The translations under genes were made by a program, and so were the position numbers. The notes under the pieces are model-generated. The model was given only the letters and a program-made list of their open reading frames with translations. It searched no databases and was not told the DNA's origin. A DNA stretch of 63,993 nucleotides, the filler included, from Sanchytrium tribonematis (lineage: Eukaryota): NCBI GenBank assembly GCA_018985235.1. It is 9 parts of 9 records of this genome, joined end to end, with 100 filler letters (N's around TTAATTAATTAA, not from the genome) between each part and the next. Parts side by side here need not be neighbours in the genome. Positions count along the whole stretch, not along the records: positions 1 to 4,836 come from JADGIG010000672.1; positions 4,937 to 9,770 come from JADGIG010000673.1; 7 more parts are not named here. One strand, given 5' to 3'. Of this stretch, positions 1 to 9,870 are shown piece by piece. The first letter of the stretch is position 1. Each line of letters begins with the position of its first letter.

Positions 1-152
1 CAGCCAACATCACAAATATTCATACCTTTTTGGAATATTTTATATTTCTCGTCGATTTCTTTCAATTTGAAAGCTGACCTGGCAAGATAAGTACTTTTAT
101 GCTTTGCGTAAGCATCTTTAGATTGTCTCGCCACCCATTGCTTAGTTTTCAT
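1..152 (-). CDS. FtsJ/RrmJ-family rRNA 2'-O-methyltransferase (MRM2-like), 5' part, runs off window
   Basis: Manual translation: MKTKQWVARQSKDAYAKHKSTYLARSAFKLKEIDEKYKIFQKGMNICDVGC, with the YxARSAFKLxEI motif of the family; not in the ORF track. Confidence 0.8.
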   Translation of the reverse strand, partial: MKTKQWVARQSKDAYAKHKSTYLARSAFKLKEIDEKYKIFQKGMNICDVG

Positions 153-562
153 TAGTAGTTTGTTCCTCGAATTAGGTATTTTTATTGACTATCCATTAAT
201 CGAAAGCCAAATTATATTAGTTTCCAAATAACCCAATAGAATTTTCATGAAATCTAATTTTAAAGCAAACAACATAAATTTTTCGTTTTCAATTTCAATT
301 TTTATCTTTCCAACTTAGAGTTGTCCATTCTAACCCACTATGTTTAAAAATTTATTCTTTCGGATAAATTCAAGATAAAAACTTACAGTAAAATATTAAA
401 AACGATGTGGTTTATATGATTTCCTATCTTTTTAAATTTTTGTTTTCGCATAACTTTTAACTCAAATCAAAATCACAAACTTAAAGATTAAAAACGATGA
501 GGTTCGTTTAAATATTTTTTTAAAAGAAAATTTTTGTTGCCTTGGATATTTATTTGAAACAT

Positions 563-1951
563 ATGGAGTCCTCTCGAAATTATGTTTTAATTGACGATTC
601 TCAAGATGGCCATCAGACAAGTTCAGGAGACGCAACCATTCTAAGTTCAATTATTAATATATGCAACACAATATTAGGAAGTGGGATGCTCCTGATGCCT
701 TTTGCATTTGCTCAAGTCGGCTGGGGCTTAGCAATTGTTTTAGTCATATTTTCAGCTTTCGCCTCAGGGATGGGCATGTGGCTGTTAACTAGAGTGGGAA
801 TTCTTTACGATAAACTAGTCATTGATCCGTCAAATCAATTTTCTCATTTGAGACATTTACCGCCTTCATTTTATTCATTAGCTGCTATAACATATCCACC
901 TTTGGCAAGATTTTTTGATATTGCAATTGGAATTAAATGTTTGGGTGTTTCAGTGAGCTACTTAATTGTTATTGGACAATATATGCCGGAACTCTGCCGA
1001 ATGATTACCACACAGTCTCTATTTTTATCCAAAACATTCTGGGTATTTATAGCAGTTGTCTTTATATCCCCTCTCGCATTTAAAAAGCGACTCAACTCTC
1101 TGAAAACTACAAGCACTATTGCATTAATATCTGTTGTATATCTCGTTGTGTTGGTGTCATCGTTTTATGCGATTGGAAGCAAAAATGGAAAAATAGAAGG
1201 AATTGATACCCCGATTTTTCCAAAGCTGGAAACTTTTAGATTTGACCTGATTTCATTTTTGCACATATTTCCTGCTTTTGTTTTCGCGTTTACTTGCCAT
1301 CAAAACGTTTTATCTGTTTACAACGAGTTGCAACGGCCTACTTCATCTAGGTTGCTGCAAGTCATATCTGTTTCGATCATTTCTAGCTGTTCAATATATG
1401 CTGTGATGGGGTACCTAGGCTATTCTTTATTTGGAGAGTCTGTGAGTGACAATATAGTTTTAATGTTTCCAAAAACTGCAAGCGTGGTCTTTGCAAAAAT
1501 TTCCCTTGTTTTTTTATTTATATTTTCATTTCCACTTCAATCTCATCCAGCAAGAGATAGTTTTCTTAGATTTATTGACTCTTTTTATCCCATTAGACAG
1601 CGAACGTCCTCTTCCGATGAAGAATTAAATGATCTTATTGAAAATGAGATTGAAGATGAAAAGCAAAAACGAAGTTACTCTGTAACAGTTGGAATCTTGA
1701 TTTTTGGATTTGTTGTGGCATCTACTGTTGATTCTTTGGACAAAGTATTGACAGTCGTTGGAGCTAGTGGATCAACAACTATAAGTTTCATTTTACCTGG
1801 CATGTTCTATGTAGTATTCTATCAAAAGTTCCCATTTCTACAGTCTCAAATGAGTTTTTTAACATCCCAAATTGCATATGCTCTATCAATTTATGGCATT
1901 TTAGTTGTAACATTGTGTTTAGGCTACAAATTTATATCATACTTTATTTAA
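563..1951 (+). CDS. AAAP-family vacuolar amino acid transporter (AVT5/6/7-like)
   Basis: NTILGSGML, FAFTCHQN and GASGSTTISFILPG motifs; about 11 hydrophobic segments; first in-frame ATG at 563. Confidence 0.85.
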   Translation: MESSRNYVLIDDSQDGHQTSSGDATILSSIINICNTILGSGMLLMPFAFAQVGWGLAIVLVIFSAFASGMGMWLLTRVGILYDKLVIDPSNQFSHLRHLPPSFYSLAAITYPPLARFFDIAIGIKCLGVSVSYLIVIGQYMPELCRMITTQSLFLSKTFWVFIAVVFISPLAFKKRLNSLKTTSTIALISVVYLVVLVSSFYAIGSKNGKIEGIDTPIFPKLETFRFDLISFLHIFPAFVFAFTCHQNVLSVYNELQRPTSSRLLQVISVSIISSCSIYAVMGYLGYSLFGESVSDNIVLMFPKTASVVFAKISLVFLFIFSFPLQSHPARDSFLRFIDSFYPIRQRTSSSDEELNDLIENEIEDEKQKRSYSVTVGILIFGFVVASTVDSLDKVLTVVGASGSTTISFILPGMFYVVFYQKFPFLQSQMSFLTSQIAYALSIYGILVVTLCLGYKFISYFI

Positions 1952-1970
1952 ATAAAATTGTAGATATTTT

Positions 1971-3404
1971 TTACACCTTTGAGTTGTAATGGAAAATTCG
2001 TAAAATCGAATCTGCGCCCCCTACAAAAATTCCATTAATGAGTCCGGCAAATGAGCTTATTCGGTATCCTCTCCAAACTGAAGCAGAATCGTTTAATAAG
2101 TCGGTATATCGAACAAGTCTTTCTTTTTGGAAGTTCGAGTCTTTTTTTACATATTCTGCATATCGAAATCTTGAATAAACCACATTGCTTCTCATGATTA
2201 TTATCTCAGTGGTTGAAGACAAAAATGTAAAGTCACCGTCACAAGATATCTTGCAGATCGTACCTGGACTCGTTACAATATCATTGGACTTGAACTTCAA
2301 ATGCGGCTGCAGCTTGCCATTTTTCCAATGAAACACCGAGACACCTTGTTCCATGGCAACATAAATTAAAGAATTGCTTCCGTGTATGGAATATATTGCG
2401 GAGAAAATAGCCAGAATGGAATATTCAGTGACCTCGTGGTTTAATAAACAAACTTTACCATCGTAGCTCCCACTGAAAAGTGAGTTTTTCATAGAAAAAA
2501 GGCAGCTAACTGGTTTTAAATGAATTTGTAGAGTATTTATAACCTTATTTTTCAAATTGATACTTGCAACTTGGCCATCTTCACCACCAAAATAAAGCAT
2601 ATTTTGTTTAATTAATATTGAAGTCACTGGACTAGGGTGGGTAATATTACCAATTATATAGTCGATTGATTTATAGTCATCGAAGAGACGTAAAAGGCGT
2701 ATATTACCATTAAAAAATCCAAATGCCACCTTAAGAGAAATTTTGCTGTCTACCGCAGACGCTGATATATCAGCACAAGATGGTGAGCTGGTCAAACGCT
2801 TTCTCAGAAGCATTTTGAATGAATTCTTGTCTGCTGTAGAATTTTGCCAGATGGAAAAGCTCCTGTCATCCGAAATCGCAACAACAAATGTCTCTATTTC
2901 TGATCTTATTTCAACTCTTGCTACAGAAACTCCTACAATTCTGTCGGTATGTCCAGTGCAATGTTGAATATTTATGGAAGATTCCAATATTGGTTCTTGA
3001 GGGTCGCCTGGACTTTGTAAGACCGGAATGCTCTCGAGGGATTGACTAATTTTATATATCGGTGGCATATGGGCAAGCTTTTCAAGTCTTGATAGAGTAT
3101 GCAAATGATTCATTTGGTGAGTTAAAAGTAAAAAAATGCTATCATTTGTAAAGCAAATAGACCTCCCTTTTAACAGTAAGTATGCGAATTGGGATGCATT
3201 TTCCAAAATAAAGCAGCGCCAATCTATGTTCACCATGGCTAAGCACAATAAATCTGGTTGCTCGAGAAAATGTAAAATTTTGAGTTTAATTTCGCAAGGA
3301 AGCATGACCGAAAATTTAGAAAGTCGTTTAAAAAAGATTATCTCAGATTCTGTTAAAGTTTTGAACAATTCAATGAGTTGAATCTCCTTTTTGGTGAGTT
3401 GCAT
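1971..3404 (-). CDS. F-box/WD40-repeat protein
   Basis: F-box LPCEIKLKILHFL..DLL..AMVN..W followed by WD-like repeats (GHTDRI, SGSYDG, GGADSILRI). Confidence 0.7.
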   Translation of the reverse strand: MQLTKKEIQLIELFKTLTESEIIFFKRLSKFSVMLPCEIKLKILHFLEQPDLLCLAMVNIDWRCFILENASQFAYLLLKGRSICFTNDSIFLLLTHQMNHLHTLSRLEKLAHMPPIYKISQSLESIPVLQSPGDPQEPILESSINIQHCTGHTDRIVGVSVARVEIRSEIETFVVAISDDRSFSIWQNSTADKNSFKMLLRKRLTSSPSCADISASAVDSKISLKVAFGFFNGNIRLLRLFDDYKSIDYIIGNITHPSPVTSILIKQNMLYFGGEDGQVASINLKNKVINTLQIHLKPVSCLFSMKNSLFSGSYDGKVCLLNHEVTEYSILAIFSAIYSIHGSNSLIYVAMEQGVSVFHWKNGKLQPHLKFKSNDIVTSPGTICKISCDGDFTFLSSTTEIIIMRSNVVYSRFRYAEYVKKDSNFQKERLVRYTDLLNDSASVWRGYRISSFAGLINGIFVGGADSILRIFHYNSKV

Positions 3405-3875
3405 TTAGTTTGTTTCAACATTATTTCGCAACTTGTTTTTAAGAGTTGCCAGACTTTGTTTTCTGAAATCCGTGTATTGTGTGGCCATTTCCTTTTCCGT
3501 TTTTGTGATAGTAGATTGATTTGCTGATATAGAATTTTGAAATCTTGTAAACTGTAAAACCATTCCCAAACCAATAATTCCAAAGAGAATCAGAGCTGTG
3601 GATCTATTTTTAGCCCTTACTTCTTTGATATTTGGCTGAGGAACTTCTGAGACTATAATTGGCGACTTTCTGGGCTTCAAATTGATAAGCCAAATAAATC
3701 GATCATTAATATATTTTAGCTCTTCTGAAGACAAATCTTGACTCAAAAAATAGTCAGGGTGCCATTTCTTTTTTAACTCGTTAATCTTGGCTTGTTGCTG
3801 TTCCTTTGATGCACCTGATGGAAGTCCAAGGCTGTATTTTTTATTTCGTAAAATATTGACTTTATGAACTAGCAT
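3405..3875 (-). CDS. Small J-domain-like membrane protein
   Basis: LGLPSGAS...KKWHPD J-domain motif plus one C-terminal transmembrane helix. Confidence 0.55.
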   Translation of the reverse strand: MLVHKVNILRNKKYSLGLPSGASKEQQQAKINELKKKWHPDYFLSQDLSSEELKYINDRFIWLINLKPRKSPIIVSEVPQPNIKEVRAKNRSTALILFGIIGLGMVLQFTRFQNSISANQSTITKTEKEMATQYTDFRKQSLATLKNKLRNNVETN

Positions 3876-4024
3876 GTGTTTCTCTTTAACCTCCGCGAGA
3901 TCTATCTGCGATCATGATCAGGAACGACATCTCAATTATGAAAATAATAAATTCTATTGATTTCATAAATCAAGCTAGCCATTAGAAATCTCGCCTCTCC
4001 TTGAAAATTAATAAAACAAATTGA

Positions 4025-4836
4025 ATGGATTTACAATATACTTCGGAACAAATTGAAATTATCCAGGATACTGAAAATCATTTAATTGTCACAGCAGTGG
4101 CTGGAAGTGGCAAAACCACAACTATAGGCGCAAAAGCAAGATTTCTCATAGACAATTACAAGTGCCTTCCCAGCGAAATTGCCATTATTACTTATTCAAA
4201 GGCATTGGGAGAGGAATTAAAGCAAAAAATGCCTAGAGGAGTGGACGCTAGAACCATAGATTCGTTTTGTTTTCGCTGTGTTGATACCACCTTGGAAGAA
4301 CGGTCCAAAAGAGATAATATTGAGAAATTCAAGACAAACATTATAGAGAAGAGCAAGATACATCATTCTTTTCAAGATTTGAAATATCTTTTTGTTGATG
4401 AATCCCAAGATCTGAGTGAAGGTAGAGCAGAAGTAATTCTTTACTTGTTGAAAAAGTTGCCAAATTTAAGATTAGTTTTAATCGGAGATCCTTATCAGCA
4501 AATATATGAAGGCTTGGGGAGCGATTCTAAATATATGATGGACATATCAGACTATCTATCCCTACATTCCCCGATACCCACGAAGCAACTGTGCTTAAGT
4601 TATAATTTTAGATCCACAAACACCCAACTACTTGACATACAGACTAAATTGCTTCAAATGAAGCCAGCTATTCGCAGTGGTTTGATGGATTTGTATGAGA
4701 AACCTGCGAAAGTTCACTACGTCAAAATAATAACATTAAATGATGACGCTTACATTGACTTTATATATGGCATTATCGATTCAATGATGCAGATAAACAT
4801 AAACGGTAAAGATATCTGTATTTTAAATCCTAGTGG
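4025..4836 (+). CDS. UvrD/Rep-like SF1A helicase, truncated by contig end
   Basis: Q motif EQ, AVAGSGKTT (Walker A), FVDESQD (Walker B), LIGDPYQQIY, NFRST. Confidence 0.85.
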
Positions 4837-4936
4837 NNNNNNNNNNNNNNNNNNNNNNNNNNNNNNNNNNNNNNNNNNNNTTAATTAATTAANNNNNNNN
4901 NNNNNNNNNNNNNNNNNNNNNNNNNNNNNNNNNNNN
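4837..4936. other. Artificial contig spacer (N44-TTAATTAATTAA-N44)
   Basis: Identical 100-nt spacer also at 9771-9870, 14701-14800, 19625-19724, 24536-24635, 29437-29536, 55079-55178 and 59975-60074. Confidence 0.98.
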
Positions 4937-5801
4937 TATAGTACATGTATGAAATAAACAAATGAATGATTTGATGGATTACTGTGTAAATCAAAATTGT
5001 GATAATGGATTCAAGTGGCTCAAATATTTATGGAAATACAAGCATCATTGGGTCAAATCTGTCTATGGTAGCCATGTTTATTCATTGGGTATATTGACAA
5101 CTCAGGGAGGTGAGTCACTAAATGCTGTTGTTAAGATGGATGTGAATGGATCTACGTCAATATTGCGATGTTTAAAGGCATTAGAATCAACGTCGCGTAG
5201 ACAGACTGCTCAATTCGTAAAAGAATTGGAAGTAATTGTGAGTCAAAATTCAAATGTTACAGTGATATCCCCTTGGGGAAATGAATTATTCAAAGGACAA
5301 CATTGTTTATTTCATACATGTACTATACATTATGTGCATGATGATTATCACTATACGATTAAACAAAAATCTTCTTTTTATGAAGTAAAATTAAAACCAC
5401 ATTATTACTGCTCGTGCAACTTTCCTCAGCTAATGGATATGCTATGTGTACATCAGATGAAAATATTGTTAGATATATTTAGAGTGGATCTTTTAAAATT
5501 TGTGCCAAACAATTGGTATTTGACTCCAGTTGTTGAAAATTTAAATATTTCAATGCCTGTCGTCAATGTCGTACCAACGCCAATTGATGATAATGAAGAC
5601 TGCCCACTGATCATAAGTGAGCTCATATCAAAGAATATCTATGATATTCGTACAAATTGTGAGCGTGTTGGTCTTAAATCAAAGGAAATGGACGATGTGA
5701 TGATGGACGTCCGCAGCTACGCTTTAGAGAAAATCAAAGCAAAACAAAAGTCTAAAACAAAACCCAAAGCACGTAAAAGCAAGCGAAAAGGCAAAAAATG
5801 A
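4937..5801 (+). mobile_element. Mutator-like (MULE/FAR1-type) transposase C-terminal part with SWIM zinc finger, 5' truncated by contig edge
   Basis: W..K.HW...LGILTTQGGESLNAVVK (MULE catalytic E region), CSCNFPQLMDMLCVH (SWIM), basic NLS-like tail. Confidence 0.75.
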
Positions 5802-6982
5802 TCAATAAATAGATATTACAGTCATTTTGCAGATTCATAGCTCATGGGGTCAATCATATGCCATTTCTCTAATAAGAATAATAGAACTGATGTTTTTGGA
5901 GGCTTTGAGGACTATTGCTTTGATATTTGATAGAATTTCTGTCAAATTTGAAGACAGTGACTGGGGGAAGTAAAGTTGTTTTGAGGGGATATATTTTATT
6001 TATTTTTTATTGACTAGAGAAATAATTAAGTTTGAGTTTCTTAGGCATTTATGAGTTGCTTACAATATTTCCTATCAAATGGTATTTTTAAAGACTTCAA
6101 ATGTGTAAAAATAGAGGAGATAGTGAATTCTATAAAATCACTAATAACATCGTTATAATATGATTTATGGGTTAATCATTAGATTCATAGTAGATTTTAA
6201 ATTTGGCGCTTTCATGAATGTTCATATTTAATGAATATTTATGATTTATGGTTGAGATGTCCTTGTTTGAAAATTTCTATTATAATGTGCATCTTTAAAT
6301 GGCACTGGAAATATCTATCAATACACAAATTACTTTTAAATGATTAAAAATAGAATAGTATATTAGTATACGCTCAAATTAGGTGTTGGATACTGGATTT
6401 ATTCAAAACCTGATTGTATTTTAAAAGCAACTTACATTTCTTAATGAATTTCAATTCAAATAGTGAAAATCACAATTATAAAGAAATATTCATAAAATAA
6501 TGCTCTCTGATATGCCTGGTGTAAGGTTTTATAATCATAGATAAAGGTTTTTTATAAAGAACCATTCTAAATGCTTTAGTGATTAAATTTATGTCATTTA
6601 TTAAATTTTAGAAATTTCCAGAGTTGCATTATACTCACATTATTAAGTAAGCAGCATTTTGCCATGTAGTATTTTGCTATATATGAATCATTTAGCAGAA
6701 ATATAATTAATTACATCATATTACTTTGCAGTACACATTTTGCTATTATAATTAGAATAAATCAATAAAACTAAGATATTTTGAATCTTAATTAAAATGT
6801 AAAAGGTTGAAGAGTAAATTCATTGATGTTGATTGATTTACTGATTGCTTCAGATAGTGGCAACATGGCAAATATTGCGTCAAAAATGTTGCCAAATATG
6901 ACCACGTGCATTTGGTCACGCTTTGTGTGTTGTGTGCAGTCACGGGCACCGGTGTGAAGATTTAAATGGCTTGAAAGAGTGG

Positions 6983-9145
6983 ATGGGTGATCACATGTAT
7001 CCCATTTACAATGAAGCGTCTGCAGAATGGGCTACCCCACCATGCCACGTATTGATTACTACAGAAACTGATAATGTCAAGATTGCTGAATTTGAAAATG
7101 ACCTTCCCCAATCCAAAGGTCTTTTTCTCATCTACAAAGCCAATAACTTGCAATCACTTTCTAGCTTGTTAGAATTCCCAGCAGATACAAAGTTAATCTA
7201 TACTTATTCTTTTGATGGTGATACAAAAAATGTATATCATTTTAAAGATTTGAGCATTCCCATTGTTCGTAGTTGGTTGGCAGATAATTGCTACATTGTC
7301 ATTATTGGAGAGCCAATCAATTTAGAAGAAGAAATTCGTGATGATTTGATAGTGTTGTGTTCTGATAAATTAGCAAATCTGAACGACGTTGAATTTAATC
7401 ATTTGATTCAAAAGATCAATTTAAAATTGGAGGAACAACAAGATGAGAATAATGAGATCATGGATGATGATATGAATCATTGTGTTTACAATTTATTTAC
7501 CGAATCAAACAACAATTTGCATGTTTTGATTAATCCTTCTATTGAACAATTTCAATACCATATGAAGTTGCAATTGGAACTTGGTCTGGGTCGAAAATTT
7601 AAAATGTTTTATAGTGGACATGGTACAGAAGATGGCGAATTACTTTTACGAGAAGCATTCTACAGTGGGGAGGATTTTAAAACATTTCTCAAGAGTTTAA
7701 AGATGAAACATACACCCAACTTGAGTATTTTAATTAATTCTTGTTTTAGCATGAGTTTCATTGAAAAAGTCACTGGAATAGTTATTGATTTTGACTCTTT
7801 TTTTAAAAACTTATTATCTCTCAGTGATCAACAAATGAAACAATTTAATGCTAAAACTTACCTTGAAAATAAAGAGATGAGTGCTAAAGTTTTTACAAAA
7901 TTAGTTGAACTATTTGGTAACAATAGGAGTCTTTTTAGAAAACAAGTTGGACAAACAATGTTGTATTTTATTCCAACATCAAAAAATGGTGAATTGAAAT
8001 CAAGTGGATTATTAAGTGAAATTTATTTTAACCAGGAAGGTGTAGATAAATTGGGAAGTAGAAGTACGACCAATATTAATAAGTACAAGAATTTTTGCAC
8101 AACTATGAAAAAAAAATACAAAAAGCTACCAGTTCCGGTGAAGCCAATTTTGAAAAAAATAACTTATCCAACTGTTCATATATTCAAAGCAGAAAATGGA
8201 GATTCATGCTTGTTTAAATTCAACAAATGGAACATTTTAATTGATGGGGGACTGATTCCTAAATCTGGATCTAAAATTGACATAAAAACTCCCTGTTTTT
8301 ATGAAAAAGTAAAACATTTAAAGAAATTAGATTGTGTCATTTTAACCCATGGAGATGCAGATCATATTAATGGTCTAGTCGCACTTGTCTGTATGATGAA
8401 ACGTATTTCATTAGAAATACCAGAGTTTTACTTGAACACACTCAGGAAATACTATTGTCGCAATTATATTCATGCTTATATTTTATCAGAAATGCTGAAG
8501 AAGGAAAAGACAGTTAAAATGCGAAAAAATGAAATGTTTCAAAAAGAAGATGGAAATGATAAATTGTATATTCATTTTGTGTCACCAACTAAAGAAAATT
8601 TTACTAAAATGCAAAACGCTATGAAGGTAAAAGTCGCAAAGTCAGCTGGCAAACCAAACACACATCATTTAAAATTAGATGATACTATCAAAGAGAAAGG
8701 TGATATTAATGAAACTGGCATCGTCGTATGGATTCATTGTGTAAAAAGTAAAACGAGATGGAACTTGTTATTTACTGGGGATGCAAAGGGAAAACAAATT
8801 GTTGAGGATTTTGATGCATATTTAAAAAAATTGAAAGAGGATGATACATATGATGCAGTAAAATACAAGTCATTCAGTCAAATTGTATTTGATTACATGG
8901 ATGCACCACATCATGGTTCAGAGGAAAATGAATTATTTGATTTAATTGATAATGCTAAAACTATTAAACATCTGTCATTTAGCACTGATGGATCTATATA
9001 CGGACATCCAAGTGTCAATATGGCTCAAGTTGTAAACAAGAACAATATTGAAAAAATTTACTTTAATTATGAGGAACAAAGAAATAATTTTGATGAGTCT
9101 CCTAAATTTGTGTTTGAGCAAGAGACAATTTCATTAAAAAAGTGA
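6983..9145 (+). CDS. MAP1/Futsch N-terminal-like protein: caspase-like domain fused to a metallo-beta-lactamase-fold hydrolase
   Basis: FYSGHG...ILINSC (caspase-type dyad); GDSCL, ILIDGG, THGDADH, LFTGD, PHHGS, STDG..YGHP (MBL); first in-frame ATG at 6983. Confidence 0.75.
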   Translation: MGDHMYPIYNEASAEWATPPCHVLITTETDNVKIAEFENDLPQSKGLFLIYKANNLQSLSSLLEFPADTKLIYTYSFDGDTKNVYHFKDLSIPIVRSWLADNCYIVIIGEPINLEEEIRDDLIVLCSDKLANLNDVEFNHLIQKINLKLEEQQDENNEIMDDDMNHCVYNLFTESNNNLHVLINPSIEQFQYHMKLQLELGLGRKFKMFYSGHGTEDGELLLREAFYSGEDFKTFLKSLKMKHTPNLSILINSCFSMSFIEKVTGIVIDFDSFFKNLLSLSDQQMKQFNAKTYLENKEMSAKVFTKLVELFGNNRSLFRKQVGQTMLYFIPTSKNGELKSSGLLSEIYFNQEGVDKLGSRSTTNINKYKNFCTTMKKKYKKLPVPVKPILKKITYPTVHIFKAENGDSCLFKFNKWNILIDGGLIPKSGSKIDIKTPCFYEKVKHLKKLDCVILTHGDADHINGLVALVCMMKRISLEIPEFYLNTLRKYYCRNYIHAYILSEMLKKEKTVKMRKNEMFQKEDGNDKLYIHFVSPTKENFTKMQNAMKVKVAKSAGKPNTHHLKLDDTIKEKGDINETGIVVWIHCVKSKTRWNLLFTGDAKGKQIVEDFDAYLKKLKEDDTYDAVKYKSFSQIVFDYMDAPHHGSEENELFDLIDNAKTIKHLSFSTDGSIYGHPSVNMAQVVNKNNIEKIYFNYEEQRNNFDESPKFVFEQETISLKK

Positions 9146-9175
9146 ATAAATTCTCAAATATTTATTGGATGCATT

Positions 9176-9770
9176 TTAAATCACTTCAAATGACTCATGA
9201 ATCTTTAATGGGCTATATCTCTCATCAGAAATAGCATCCATCATCACTTGAAATGGATTAGCCAATTCTCCCTTCATAATGGTCTTTAAAATACTCGTAT
9301 TAAATCCACTAATCAATGCCACATTGTCATTTTGAGTAGCTGGGAAATCAATTGTATTGGCACGTACATTCCAAAATACCAATTTAGGCATTTTATAGCC
9401 AGATTGATCATATTTGGCAATAATATGCTCTAAATTGGTCATTTGGCCAGCAACATTGAATTGCATGTCACTAATGCAAATGATTTTACTAGGCATATGT
9501 TCATTGGCTAATCCTTTTTGATTTGGATATTTTGAGTGATTTTGGGGATATTGGAAATTTAATGCTCTTTCTAATATGACATCAAAACATGCATTGAAAT
9601 TGGTGGACCCACCCCATGGAATATTCTTTAATTCATCCACCATGGATTTGAGAGAATCTGTTTTTTTTAATGCGATGAAACTTGGGGTTGTTTCAAATGT
9701 CATGACGGTGTTTTTAAAGGCTTCATTGGCGCATTGAGAAATGAATAATCCCAATGCGATACTGACTAGA
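9176..9770 (-). CDS. DUF2828-like vWA-domain protein, C-terminal part (5' truncated)
   Basis: WGGSTNF..CFD.IL, ICISDMQFN, GY.MP.LVFWNV and VALISGF motifs. Confidence 0.7.
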
Positions 9771-9870
9771 NNNNNNNNNNNNNNNNNNNNNNNNNNNNNN
9801 NNNNNNNNNNNNNNTTAATTAATTAANNNNNNNNNNNNNNNNNNNNNNNNNNNNNNNNNNNNNNNNNNNN

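Noticed and set aside
4025..9770. UvrD helicase + MULE + MBL/caspase + vWA read as one defence island
   Set aside because: The helicase is on a different contig. Only the MULE, MAP1-like and DUF2828-like genes are physically linked.
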